Source of the DNA: an uncultured Pseudobdellovibrionaceae bacterium
GTDB lineage: Bacteria; Bdellovibrionota; FAC87; UBA2466
Assembly (NCBI GenBank): GCA_964396165.1
Contig: CAYNEF010000018.1
Span: 436 to 64,435, forward strand
Length of the DNA stretch: 64,000 nucleotides
Direction of reading: 5' to 3'
The notes beneath the pieces were generated by a model. The model saw only the letters and a program-made list of their open reading frames with translations. It did no database searches and was not told the origin of the DNA. The translations under genes and the position numbers were made by a program. This document shows positions 17,946-27,810 of the stretch, piece by piece (position 1 is the stretch's first letter; each line of letters begins with the position of its first letter).

Positions 17946-18836
17946 TTAGCGACAACCGTCTAAAAATCCGTCCACTTTGTCCCAGCTTTTTTTCTCAGGA
18001 CCAGGGATGGAACGCGTGACAGACTTTAACGAAGAACAAGTCCACTCTGTGATACTGCCATTGGATTCCAAGTCAGTCGGTGTGTAGTGGTACATGGAGG
18101 CACGCACAAGAACGCAATCTTCTGTATTTGTTTTCGCGTAGTAGTCACCCAAATTTTTTCCGTTGTAACACGCCTTTTTAGCGTGATCGGCGAAGTCTTT
18201 TTCCCACGCTTTTATCGTAATAGGTTCGTTTTCGAAAGACATATCCAGAACGATTTCTTTTTTGCTGCTGCCGACAAGTACAAACGGAGCAACGTGGTAC
18301 CACCACTTGTAGTTGTTGTCCTTGCGGTATTTTTCTGTAAAAAATATATATACTTTTTGCGACTTTACTTTGTCCTGGATGTACATGGCACGTGCCCAGT
18401 AATGAGCACGATTAAAGCAATTGTCGTTCAAATCAAAACCGTCGTCTTCTTTGTATTGGAATACAGAATCAAACAACTCCTGAGCTCTTTCCATATTGGG
18501 TAGAGTTGTGGGGATGTAATCCGAAAGTCTTCTTTCGCGATGATTGATGGCTACTGCAGTTTCGACTTCCCCATTCTCCATTACATTAAAAGATTCGATA
18601 GATTCACCGTCGTTCGCGATAGATAACTTTACCAATGCGTGCACGCGACCTGCGATAGTTAAGGCGGATATCATTTCTGTCTTAGAGGCATCTACAGAAT
18701 AAACTCTGCCATCTGTAATGGATAAGACGTTGGACTTTGCATCAGCCTTTTCAACATTGAAAATTTTTGTCACTACATCGGTAGAAGCAAAAGTGATTGA
18801 AGACAATGTAAGTAGGGAAAGAACGAACAAGCGCAT
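17946..18836 (-). CDS. Secreted protein-glutamine glutaminase-like (protein-glutaminase fold, papain-like Cys-His-Asp) enzyme
   Basis: There is a signal peptide. DNCFNRAHYWARAM resembles the catalytic-Cys region of Chryseobacterium protein-glutaminase (DGCYARAH). WYHVAPFVLV resembles its His region (YHVAILV). An N-terminal region of about 130 aa could be a pro-domain. Confidence 0.5.
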   Translation of the reverse strand: MRLFVLSLLTLSSITFASTDVVTKIFNVEKADAKSNVLSITDGRVYSVDASKTEMISALTIAGRVHALVKLSIANDGESIESFNVMENGEVETAVAINHRERRLSDYIPTTLPNMERAQELFDSVFQYKEDDGFDLNDNCFNRAHYWARAMYIQDKVKSQKVYIFFTEKYRKDNNYKWWYHVAPFVLVGSSKKEIVLDMSFENEPITIKAWEKDFADHAKKACYNGKNLGDYYAKTNTEDCVLVRASMYHYTPTDLESNGSITEWTCSSLKSVTRSIPGPEKKSWDKVDGFLDGCR

Positions 18837-18895
18837 TTAAAAACTCCTTATGGGCAACTCGTTTAAGCGGACCGGCTTATACAGATCTTAACGCG

Positions 18896-19510
18896 TCAAG
18901 TCAATCCTTCCCACTTCTCTATTTCGAAAGCTGTTTTTAAGTCCGAAGATTTACTACGTATTTTCAACTGTTTAAGGATGTTTTTTCGTGCGCTCTCAGG
19001 CTTAGTTTGTCCTAAATTCCATTTGGTGCGGGTGGCATTTATCTTTAACTCCACGGCACAAATCATTTTGTATTTATCCCGGTAAACTTCATGGTTTGGG
19101 TCCAGGGGAACATAGTTTTTCTCACTCTGATAGTGATCCATCATCTTCTGCATTACTTCGTTTAACTCAAAGTTGTCCTCGATGATTCGCGCAGTACAAC
19201 TAAATTCTACGAATTTAAAAAATTGATTGATGGCTCCGCCGTATTGCTCGTCTATCCAGTAGGACGGAATCACAGAAAGGCTTTCAGAAAAAACGAATTG
19301 GCACTTATTGTTTTCCCTCAAATCTGCTGTCTGCTCGTCAGTTCTTCCCAGATGTAAATAGAACCGATCTTGTTTAAAAATCGTATTGTACAATCCCGTT
19401 TTGGGAGCCTTACTTCCAGAAGAAGTAATCAAGAGCCCTAAGGACTGATTCACTACCAGTGTCTCTATTTCTTTCGGCCGCGTTTGTTCGTGTTGTCTGT
19501 GAAACCTCAT
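18896..19510 (-). CDS. FMN-binding negative transcriptional regulator PaiB family protein
   Basis: The N-terminal pattern ...PKEIETLVVNQSLGLLITSSG...FYLHLGRTDEQ and the C-terminal KWNLGQTKPESARKNILKQL resemble the PaiB family. The protein is 204 aa. Confidence 0.55.
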   Translation of the reverse strand: MRFHRQHEQTRPKEIETLVVNQSLGLLITSSGSKAPKTGLYNTIFKQDRFYLHLGRTDEQTADLRENNKCQFVFSESLSVIPSYWIDEQYGGAINQFFKFVEFSCTARIIEDNFELNEVMQKMMDHYQSEKNYVPLDPNHEVYRDKYKMICAVELKINATRTKWNLGQTKPESARKNILKQLKIRSKSSDLKTAFEIEKWEGLT

Positions 19511-19581
19511 AAAATTTCCTTATCTTTAAAATGAGTTTTTTAATCCAGTTGTTCATCTTTCAAACGTACAGGGTGTCTGGT

Positions 19582-21075
19582 ATGTATAAAACAACCAGAT
19601 TTAGTATTTTAAATAGACCAGAGGAACCGATGAGAGAACTGAACTTTCCGCTCACACAAGATGAAACGCCCCTCTATTTGAAACTCTCACGAGGGATTCG
19701 CACTCAAATTCAAAAAGGCAATTTGAAACCCGGAGAGAAATTGCCATCTACGCGTCAAATGGCAGAACACTTTGAATGCAACAGACATACGGTAATGGAT
19801 GCAATCGAAGAATTAATCGCAGAAGGCTGGATTACTTCGACACAAAGAAAAAGCTACGAAGTTTCGCGTCTTCTTCCCTCAAACTTTTTTGTAAGTAAAA
19901 ATAAGACACGAGTAAATAAAAGCGAAACGTTATTAACGATTACAAAAAACATTGCGGATTATGTACCTGCAGAAACGAACCAAAAACCTTTTAAATACCG
20001 TTTTCAAAGTGGCTTGGCTGATTTGAGAATGTTTCCGATGGATGAACTGCGTGCATGCATAAACGATTCGATGAAGCGTATGGGAGAGAAAATACTCTAT
20101 TACGGTGAGCCGGAAGGTCTTGCTTCGTTACAAAGTGAAATCGATTCGTATTTAAGACGGATGCGTGCCATCAACGGCAGATCGCTTGTCATCACGAATG
20201 GTTCTCAAGAGGCCATTTTTATCGCTGCCCAGCTTCTGCTTCAAGAAGGCAGTACTGTCGGAGTTGAACAATGGGGCTATCAACCTGCATGGGAAACGCT
20301 AAAAATAGCCGGAGGCAAACTCTGTCCAATCGAAATGGATGAGATGGGAATATTGCCAGACTCATTTGAAACGCAAATTAAAAAGCACAAATTGAAATTG
20401 CTCTACCTCACTCCATTGCACCAGTATCCGACGACACTCACCATGCCAGTATCGCGGAGAAAACAGATATACGATTTAGCCGTGAAATATAAAGTCGCTA
20501 TCTTGGAAGATGATTACGATCACGAGTTTCATTACCGGTCACAGCCCCTACCTCCGATGGCATCAGAGGATCCTAGTGGGATAGTGATTTATATTTCCAC
20601 TTTTTCAAAAGTGCTTTTCCCCTCTGCACGTATCGGCTATTTAGCCGTACCTGAAGCCTTGAGAGAGCCCTTTGTCCGCTTGAAAAGACTTTTGTCCCGG
20701 CAAAATGATTCTATTCTTCAAGATGCAGTAGCACGCTGGATGAGAGAGGGAGCTTTTGAAAGACATTTACGAAAAATGCGCAGAACTTATGAAGGAAGAA
20801 GAGACTGCATCATTAAGTGCATTACGGAAATGCAAAAGGAAGGTTACAAAGTCTCTGCAAGAACACCGGATGGGGGAATGGCTGTATGGATGAATACAGG
20901 ACAAGATTCTGAATTAGTCGCTAAAAAAGCAGCTAAGCTAGGCGTGCAGGTCTCACCAGAATATCTTTACAGAATAGACAAGGCAAAAGGGACTCATCTG
21001 AGATTAGGATTTGCAAACCAAACTGAGACTGAGCTTATTAATGGAATGAAAATTTTAAAATCCTGTTTACGATAG
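19582..21075 (+). CDS. MocR/GabR family transcriptional regulator (GntR-type HTH fused to a PLP-dependent aminotransferase-like domain)
   Basis: The N-terminal GntR HTH is LPSTRQMAEHFECNRHTVMDAIEELIAEGWI. The C-terminal fold-type I aminotransferase domain contains FSKVLFPSARIGY (the PLP-lysine region). The start is uncertain: ATG at 19582 or at 19630. Confidence 0.8.
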   Translation: MYKTTRFSILNRPEEPMRELNFPLTQDETPLYLKLSRGIRTQIQKGNLKPGEKLPSTRQMAEHFECNRHTVMDAIEELIAEGWITSTQRKSYEVSRLLPSNFFVSKNKTRVNKSETLLTITKNIADYVPAETNQKPFKYRFQSGLADLRMFPMDELRACINDSMKRMGEKILYYGEPEGLASLQSEIDSYLRRMRAINGRSLVITNGSQEAIFIAAQLLLQEGSTVGVEQWGYQPAWETLKIAGGKLCPIEMDEMGILPDSFETQIKKHKLKLLYLTPLHQYPTTLTMPVSRRKQIYDLAVKYKVAILEDDYDHEFHYRSQPLPPMASEDPSGIVIYISTFSKVLFPSARIGYLAVPEALREPFVRLKRLLSRQNDSILQDAVARWMREGAFERHLRKMRRTYEGRRDCIIKCITEMQKEGYKVSARTPDGGMAVWMNTGQDSELVAKKAAKLGVQVSPEYLYRIDKAKGTHLRLGFANQTETELINGMKILKSCLR

Positions 21076-21090
21076 TAGAAGATGCAGTTT

Positions 21091-22839
21091 TTACTGTTCT
21101 ATATCGAGTTTTGTCCGAATCTTTGCCCGTTGATTTTTCCAGGTTTTAAAATCAATAAAATCATAACCTAAAGCCTTTGTTTCCTTTAGCAGACGTTCAA
21201 CTTCACTCGTATCGCCTGGAAATTTTGCAAGCCCACCATCTTGAATGGTGTTGAACATAAAAGGATGGATGAAATAAGAACCCCACACATCTCTGAGAAC
21301 CCGGTTACGCTTTAAAACTCTGAGCATGTCGTTTACGTTCCAAATTTTACCCCCCTGCCCGACGTCTTTCGGTTGGAGAAAACCTACATTTTCGGGAACA
21401 AAGCGCGCACCGTTGATATCACTGAACGTTTCATAGGGATAAAATTGCAAAACTGCTGGCACACCCATATTTTGCTCCCATTTCAAATTACTTAAAAATG
21501 TAATTCTCTCTTGCCTGCCCCCTACTCCGGAAGTTTCAAACGTGTATTGTTCCGGGAGTTTTCCATTGAGGTTTGTTTTACCAAGAAGATAATTCATGCG
21601 CCCGATGTTCCAGGAGAAAACCTCGGCAAATAATGCATTTGCAAGTGGCGAGCCCATATAATGAGGGGTGAGCCAGGATGAGGGTCTGAAACCAACCGAA
21701 TCAAACTCACTCATCCCATATTCAAGTTTGTCTAAAAAGTAAGAGAGAGATTCTTTTTCAACAGGTCTTTCCTGTATGCAGTCCCAAAATTCGCAATCCG
21801 CACCGCTGACGCCATTAAATGGATTTTTTAAATTTTCATACTGGTGAGTTACGCCATGGTAAAGCAAACTCGCGTTGTTTGCGACATGCTCCTGAATAGA
21901 CGCGACAAAATCATTCTTTTGCGACAAGGCAACTTGTTTTGCGACGCCATTGGGCGGAAAAGCGCCTAAAGGATCTTGAAAGATAGGAATCAGTGATAGT
22001 CCGTAAGGGATTTGCAACTTACGCGTAACTTCTAAAATTTTCCCAAGCTGAAAAGTACTGATAAGCGGATGTAAATCTTCAAACCGCACAAAAGCGGGCG
22101 CATGTTCAGGATAAAGCGGTTTCTCATCCAGGATATCAAAAAGAAGATCGGAAAAAATCAAGTACCTGTCTTCTTCCGTCATAAACGTAAACGGCAGATC
22201 AGCCACATACCAGTGGTTATTGTTTTCAATAATATAAGGAATTTTTTGCGCTGTAGTACTGTGCCTTGCCCACGAAACAACTTTACCTACTTGTCTGACC
22301 TGCTCCAGATGTACTAGCTCCCAGGAAGCAATGAACTCTTTTGGATCGTCTGGTTTTAATTCCCCATACTTTTCGAAAATTTCGTCTTTATATTCGAAGA
22401 ACTTGAAATACCCTGGTCGTCCCTTTTCGTCTTTTTTCGCCCAGTTAAGCCCCTCAATTTTCGAATAATTGACTCCCCAAAGACTATTTAATCTCGCGTC
22501 TCCCAATTTCCAGATGTTATATCCAAGCCATGCCACGCGTTTTGAAGTCGTTGTGTAGTCCTGCAAAAAATCTTCGGGGATAGTTGCATCAAAATAACTC
22601 CCCAGATAAATACTGGCTTCACACTTTTCCAAGTCACCTTTTTTGTATTTATCCAGAGGGATAATATAACGAGTGAAAGAAGGAAAGTGTCCCAGCAAAT
22701 TTTGTAGCGGAAGGACGATGGCTCTTCCAAAACCGAAGTTAGCTACTCCGTCATAATAAATTTGGACACATTTGTTTTTTTCTGCAGTTTGGCCGTGATT
22801 TAGAGAAAAAAGAAGAAAAAGTAGCAGAAACCATTTCAT
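21091..22839 (-). CDS. Secreted protein of the NfrB-like exopolysaccharide locus (putative polysaccharide deacetylase/hydrolase-like, DUF2334-like?)
   Basis: The signal peptide is MKWFLLLFLLFSLNHG. The protein is 582 aa and is the last gene of the OMP-GT2-this operon (7 bp gap from the GT2 gene). The family assignment comes from context and weak recollection only. Confidence 0.45.
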   Translation of the reverse strand: MKWFLLLFLLFSLNHGQTAEKNKCVQIYYDGVANFGFGRAIVLPLQNLLGHFPSFTRYIIPLDKYKKGDLEKCEASIYLGSYFDATIPEDFLQDYTTTSKRVAWLGYNIWKLGDARLNSLWGVNYSKIEGLNWAKKDEKGRPGYFKFFEYKDEIFEKYGELKPDDPKEFIASWELVHLEQVRQVGKVVSWARHSTTAQKIPYIIENNNHWYVADLPFTFMTEEDRYLIFSDLLFDILDEKPLYPEHAPAFVRFEDLHPLISTFQLGKILEVTRKLQIPYGLSLIPIFQDPLGAFPPNGVAKQVALSQKNDFVASIQEHVANNASLLYHGVTHQYENLKNPFNGVSGADCEFWDCIQERPVEKESLSYFLDKLEYGMSEFDSVGFRPSSWLTPHYMGSPLANALFAEVFSWNIGRMNYLLGKTNLNGKLPEQYTFETSGVGGRQERITFLSNLKWEQNMGVPAVLQFYPYETFSDINGARFVPENVGFLQPKDVGQGGKIWNVNDMLRVLKRNRVLRDVWGSYFIHPFMFNTIQDGGLAKFPGDTSEVERLLKETKALGYDFIDFKTWKNQRAKIRTKLDIEQ

Positions 22840-22845
22840 TTTATA

Positions 22846-24231
22846 TTAACTTGTCCCCACCGTTTGCTTGCCAAAGAAATCTGGCAATTCATGCTCGGTT
22901 TTAACCCAAGCAATTGTCGTTCGAGTAATTGTGCTAAGGGAATATTGATACAGAGCACGCACAGTTGCCAAGCAGTTTATTAAATTAGCAACTGGCCATC
23001 TGAGTAGAAGTGTAAGTACAGCCCAAGGTCCATAAACACGTGTCACACAGTAGGCTCTTTGCGAAAGTCTGTTCAACATCAAAAGTACATTGACGTATAA
23101 AATAGAATCAAACACGCCGCCATGATACGGGAATTCAATACCACGCATACTGAGCCAGAGGGCAAGCAACACAATGGGATAACCGATAAAAGTGGCAATA
23201 TTGGTAAGTAGTCCTTTTCGATCGCGAAACAGAAAGTATTGATTGGAAAATCTGCCTATCCAGCCTAAATTTTTATTTCCCTGAAGCGCGATACCCGTCG
23301 TCCATCTGGTTTTTTGTCTGACAGAACGCATGAATTTTTTGGGAAAGTATTCACGTGTGGCAATGTATTCTCTCTTGCCTGCTTTATCGTAATAAAAGCA
23401 TGCGAACTTGGATAAAAAACCCATCGCATGGGCTCTCACACCAAGCTCGTAATCTTCCGTGACAGTAGTTTCGTTTAAAAGTTGCCCGCGGTTTAGTTCA
23501 CGCATTTTTAAAACTAATTCGCGGCTGAGTCCCGTTCCCACCCCTGCAGAAGGGACTGCTGCGTTTAAATGTGAACGCACTAAAATATCTTTTGTGTGGT
23601 GTTCAGAAAATTCATCGATGTAGGTTCCCCCGACAAGCTGAAACGGACTTACATTGAGTGAAAATACCGGCACCTGGATAAAATCGTACTTACCTAAGTA
23701 TAAATTTACGAGTGGCAATGTTTTTGGGTGAATGACATCTTCCGCATCTTGCATGAGTACAGCATCAAATCGAACGCCTCTTTCGTTTTCAAACTGCAAA
23801 ATACTGTCGACTACATAATTGAGAATCTGTCCTTTAGATGTGGGACCAGGACGCGAGTTAATTACTCTATGGACGCGGCTATCTTGCTGCGCGGCTTTTT
23901 CAACAGCTTGGCAAGTTTCTAAATCATTCGGATACACACCAACAAAAAAATCATAATTCGCATATTCGATACGGCTTAAGTTACCTAAGAGCATGCGATC
24001 AATGATTTGGCCTTCTTTCCACGCAGGTACAATAATTGCGATACGTTTTTCAGGCGTAGTCGTCATTTTTTTTAGAAGCTTTGCGTTCAGTTTTCTCGGC
24101 CCCTGATTATCAAAGACGGCAACCAAATCGATAAACAAGTCATCCAATCCACAAAGAAGATAAAAAACCCCAAGCCAGATAAGTACAGGGTAAACCCAGG
24201 TAAAATAAACGAGATATTGATCCAAAGGCAT
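22846..24231 (-). CDS. Glycosyltransferase family 2 exopolysaccharide synthase, NfrB-like catalytic core (no C-terminal MshEN domain)
   Basis: The protein has N- and C-terminal transmembrane segments flanking a GT2 domain. Motifs GLDDLFIDLV, IIVPAWKEGQ, YANYDFFVGVYPND, RPGPTSKG, QDAEDVIHP, TYIDEFSEHH, VPSAGVGT, TEDYELG and QKTRWTTGIALQG closely parallel E. coli NfrB as I recall it. Confidence 0.75.
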   Translation of the reverse strand: MPLDQYLVYFTWVYPVLIWLGVFYLLCGLDDLFIDLVAVFDNQGPRKLNAKLLKKMTTTPEKRIAIIVPAWKEGQIIDRMLLGNLSRIEYANYDFFVGVYPNDLETCQAVEKAAQQDSRVHRVINSRPGPTSKGQILNYVVDSILQFENERGVRFDAVLMQDAEDVIHPKTLPLVNLYLGKYDFIQVPVFSLNVSPFQLVGGTYIDEFSEHHTKDILVRSHLNAAVPSAGVGTGLSRELVLKMRELNRGQLLNETTVTEDYELGVRAHAMGFLSKFACFYYDKAGKREYIATREYFPKKFMRSVRQKTRWTTGIALQGNKNLGWIGRFSNQYFLFRDRKGLLTNIATFIGYPIVLLALWLSMRGIEFPYHGGVFDSILYVNVLLMLNRLSQRAYCVTRVYGPWAVLTLLLRWPVANLINCLATVRALYQYSLSTITRTTIAWVKTEHELPDFFGKQTVGTS

Positions 24232-24989
24232 TAGAAACTTCCCCCCGCGACGAATAACACCCTGAAACCTGAGGTCTCATTCAAGTAAGGGTTTCTCTCA
24301 AATTTTGCATAATCAAAATAGTCGTTCACTAAATACGAGCCGGTCAGCCCGAATGAATAGTTGGCCGTTGCATATTGCAATCGCATATTCAGTTTTGCGT
24401 CTGCGCGGTTATTATAAAAATGTCCGATTCTGTCCACTGTGACAAATGGTTCAACAAAAACATCTAGCATTAAATCTTTGATAACGGGTTTTCTTAAACC
24501 TGCACGAATATATGCCGATTCAATTACGTTGCTTTCATCGGCAGAGGTGAAAAGAGTTTCTGTATAGAGCTCATAAAACCCTAAAATACTGCGGGATGCA
24601 TCCAGCCCCACATCGCCATACTTCCCGATAGTTAAAAGTATTCTCGCATCGAGTTTCTTCTGGTTCAAAGCCTCACGGTAATAAGAACGGCCTCTGAGCT
24701 CTGTAAAAAGTTGTGCGCCGAAAAGATCGACCTTAAAACCAGGCCCACCATATGCGTAGGAGCTTGTCGCCACATCTGAAACCACTTGAGAAGAAGTCTG
24801 CATGTCGCTTCCGACAGTCAAATAGGGGGAGAGATTTTCTGTAACTTTGTATTCGCCTCTTACGCGCAAAAGACTGGAGAGTATATTTTCTCGATCTAAA
24901 AAAGCATCTTCTGTGTACCAATTGGAAGTGAATGCTCCGAAAGAGAGCTGTGTAAAAAGCAGAATAAAAATAGCAGTTGATCGCATCAT
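24231..24989 (-). CDS. Small outer-membrane beta-barrel protein (first gene of the EPS operon, NfrA-like role?)
   Basis: The signal peptide is MMRSTAIFILLFTQLSFGA. The C-terminus is ...VAGGSF. The stop overlaps the GT2 start by 1 bp. Confidence 0.55.
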   Translation of the reverse strand: MMRSTAIFILLFTQLSFGAFTSNWYTEDAFLDRENILSSLLRVRGEYKVTENLSPYLTVGSDMQTSSQVVSDVATSSYAYGGPGFKVDLFGAQLFTELRGRSYYREALNQKKLDARILLTIGKYGDVGLDASRSILGFYELYTETLFTSADESNVIESAYIRAGLRKPVIKDLMLDVFVEPFVTVDRIGHFYNNRADAKLNMRLQYATANYSFGLTGSYLVNDYFDYAKFERNPYLNETSGFRVLFVAGGSF

Positions 24990-25159
24990 ACCCCCGTTTA
25001 TCTACAGCAAGCCTTGTGCCATAGAAAATTATGTCGCTTTCAGCACGAAGTTATCTCGTAAGGGATCACTTTGGCACCTTATAAAGAAATCTTTCTCTAA
25101 ATATTTTTCAATTCAGATTTGCATTAAGTTTTTAACGCACATTGTCGAAATAGGGTTAT

Positions 25160-26389
25160 ATGCGTACTAAACCTCAGATAATAAAGCTATTTCGCAATAT
25201 CGCCTTTTTTTTACTCCTTTTTGGCTGTGTTTCCAAGCAGGCTATTTCGTCGTCTGAATCTTTGAACTGCAATGAGGCAAAAACTAAGTGGGATCTCTGG
25301 CGTGTAAAAACGTGTTTACGAGGGGCAAATATCTGGCAGAAAAAAATTGATCCTAAGGTGGATGGAAACGGCTTCGGCACAGATCCCATTGGCCCGCCGT
25401 ATTTGCAGACTGATTTTCAGCAACTTTCTTCACTTGGCGCAAACTACGTAAACATTTCGCATCCCGGACTCTTCACCGAAAAAGCGCCTTATCAGATTGA
25501 CTCCCAAGCGGTTCAAAACCTTGATTCGCTTCTTTCAAAAATTGAAAATGCCAATATGTTTGCAGTCATCAGTTTCAGAACAGGCCCGGGAAGAAATGAA
25601 GACACTTTTTCAGGCGTGAACTCAAAAGCCAATAATGACATTTGGAAAAATGCCGAGGCACAAAAAGCTTGGGCAAATATGTGGAAATTCGCCGCTGAGA
25701 GATATAAAAATAGTGCGGTGGTGGTTGGATATGACCTTATGGTGGAGCCCAATAGTAATTCCGTGTTGCTCAGTACCGATGACGCCAAAGAATTTTACGC
25801 CAAATACAAAGACAGCCTGTACGATTTTGCGCCACTTGCAAAAGCGACTACCAATGCAATCAGAGAAGTGGATAGTGAAACTCCTATCTTACTAGCTGTA
25901 ATGGATTGGAGCAGCGTCAATTGGTTGGAAGACACCCCTATTTCAGAAGATCAAAAAACCGTTTATGCGGTCCACAGTTATTCGCCTTATGAATACACGC
26001 ACCAATATTCTCCTTACAGAATCAGCTATCCGGGTTATTTAAAATGGGGGGAAAGACTCGACGCAAGCTGGCTCGAAAACGCATTGCGCCCGATTTACGA
26101 TTTCAAACAAAAAAATAAACTTCCTGTCGCTGTAAATGAATTTGGAGTCATGCGATGGGAAAAAGGTGCTGCCAGTTACTTGGACGATCACATGAGCATT
26201 CTTGAAAACCTAGGTGTAAATTATTCTTACTGGCTTTGGGAATCAAGCTGGCAAGGTATCACATATGATCAATTTGATATCCGAAAAGGGACGAAACCAA
26301 AGAACCACACAAACCAGACTGACAATGCCCTATTTCAAACGATGAAAAAGTACTGGATTAAGAACCAAGCAAGGCCGAGAAAACCCTGA
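25160..26389 (+). CDS. Glycoside hydrolase family 5 lipoprotein (cellulase/mannanase-like endoglycanase)
   Basis: The lipobox is LLLFGCVS. The GH5 catalytic region is PVAVNEFGV (NEP-like acid/base Glu), with a second Glu region later in the sequence. The protein is 409 aa. Confidence 0.75.
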   Translation: MRTKPQIIKLFRNIAFFLLLFGCVSKQAISSSESLNCNEAKTKWDLWRVKTCLRGANIWQKKIDPKVDGNGFGTDPIGPPYLQTDFQQLSSLGANYVNISHPGLFTEKAPYQIDSQAVQNLDSLLSKIENANMFAVISFRTGPGRNEDTFSGVNSKANNDIWKNAEAQKAWANMWKFAAERYKNSAVVVGYDLMVEPNSNSVLLSTDDAKEFYAKYKDSLYDFAPLAKATTNAIREVDSETPILLAVMDWSSVNWLEDTPISEDQKTVYAVHSYSPYEYTHQYSPYRISYPGYLKWGERLDASWLENALRPIYDFKQKNKLPVAVNEFGVMRWEKGAASYLDDHMSILENLGVNYSYWLWESSWQGITYDQFDIRKGTKPKNHTNQTDNALFQTMKKYWIKNQARPRKP

Positions 26390-27587
26390 TAAAAGAAGCT
26401 CCCCCTGCCAATTTTGTCAGGCGTCTTAAGTTTGTAAGCTGTGCAGAAACATAATTTTTGCGAGGAACAATGCGTGGCACTTCTCCTAGCTCATGTTCTA
26501 ACACTCTGATGATAGAAGAGGCAGCGTCTCCGTTTCCAAACGGATTAGTTGCGCGTGCCATCGAGCGATACAGTTTGGATTTACTCGAGGAAAGTTCCGT
26601 AAGCCGTTCCACAATCAGCTTCGGATCCGATCCCACAAGTATCGCAGTTCCGCTTTTAACAGCCTCGGGGCGCTCGGTGCTTTCGCGAAGTACAAGCACA
26701 GGCTTACCCAGTGTTGGCGCTTCTTCCTGCAATCCACCTGAATCCGTTAACACGAGATGGGCTTCTTTCATCAAAGACACAAGTTCGAGATAACTCAAAG
26801 GCTCGACTAAAGAAACGTTGGCCAAATTACTCAATTGCTTTGCAGCAGGGATAACAACATTCGGATTTTTGTGTACTGGGTAAACGATATGAAAATCCGG
26901 ATTTTTTTCAGCAAATTCCCTGACCGCTGAGAATATTTTTTCAAGCGGACGACCGAAATTTTCGCGTCTATGCGCTGTCATCAAAATCAACTTACGATTT
27001 CCTACCATTTGCACAAAGCGCTCAGGCAATTCCGTACGTTCTGCCACCCATTTCAGCGCATCGATACTGGTATTCCCTGTCAAAAATATTTTTTGGAAAG
27101 GTACATTTTCATTTTCAAGGTTTGTGACCGAATCTTCCGTTGGGGCAAAGTGCCAGTCAGCGATGGGTGAAATTAAATTACGATTAATTTCTTCAGGGAA
27201 TGGCGCGTACTTCTCAAACGTTCTTAAGCCTGCTTCCACATGCCCGACAGGAATTTTTTCATAATACGCGGCCAATGCGGCGGCAAAAGCAGTAGTCGTA
27301 TCTCCCTGCACTAAAACTGCATCAGGCTTCACTTCGCGCAAAACTTCTTTCATGCGTGTCAGGCAATTAGCTGTAATGGAATATAAATCTTGATTGGGTT
27401 GCATCAGTTGTAAATCGTAGTCGGGCTTTATCGAAAAAATATCCATCACTTGATCGAGCATCTCTCTATGCTGTCCAGTCGAGCACGTAATTGCTTTTAA
27501 ATAGGGAGAAGATTGCATTGCTTGTACTAGCGGCGCCATTTTAATGGCTTCAGGACGAGTGCCAAATACGATGAGAACAGTTTTCAT
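26358..27587 (-). CDS. wecB: UDP-N-acetylglucosamine 2-epimerase (non-hydrolysing)
   Basis: MKTVLIVFGTRPEAIKMAPLV matches the canonical WecB/MnaA N-terminus. The motifs HVEAGLRT and DSGGLQEEAP are present. Confidence 0.85.
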   Translation of the reverse strand: MKTVLIVFGTRPEAIKMAPLVQAMQSSPYLKAITCSTGQHREMLDQVMDIFSIKPDYDLQLMQPNQDLYSITANCLTRMKEVLREVKPDAVLVQGDTTTAFAAALAAYYEKIPVGHVEAGLRTFEKYAPFPEEINRNLISPIADWHFAPTEDSVTNLENENVPFQKIFLTGNTSIDALKWVAERTELPERFVQMVGNRKLILMTAHRRENFGRPLEKIFSAVREFAEKNPDFHIVYPVHKNPNVVIPAAKQLSNLANVSLVEPLSYLELVSLMKEAHLVLTDSGGLQEEAPTLGKPVLVLRESTERPEAVKSGTAILVGSDPKLIVERLTELSSSKSKLYRSMARATNPFGNGDAASSIIRVLEHELGEVPRIVPRKNYVSAQLTNLRRLTKLAGGASFIRVFSALLGS

Positions 27588-27810
27588 GTCTTACTCTTAT
27601 ATCTAATTTGTTTTAGGAAGATTGTCAGGTTTTAAACAAGCCGACACTTTTCCTATTCCTTCAAATCTTAAACAGAGCAATTGCAATGCCAAATAATTCT
27701 AGTCAGGATTTCGTATTAAACAAACCAAAAGTGTAAAAATTTTACATATAACGGGTGTTCTCAGGGACTAATTGTTTCCAAATGGAAAAAGGCGCGTTAA
27801 TCTTTTTCGC

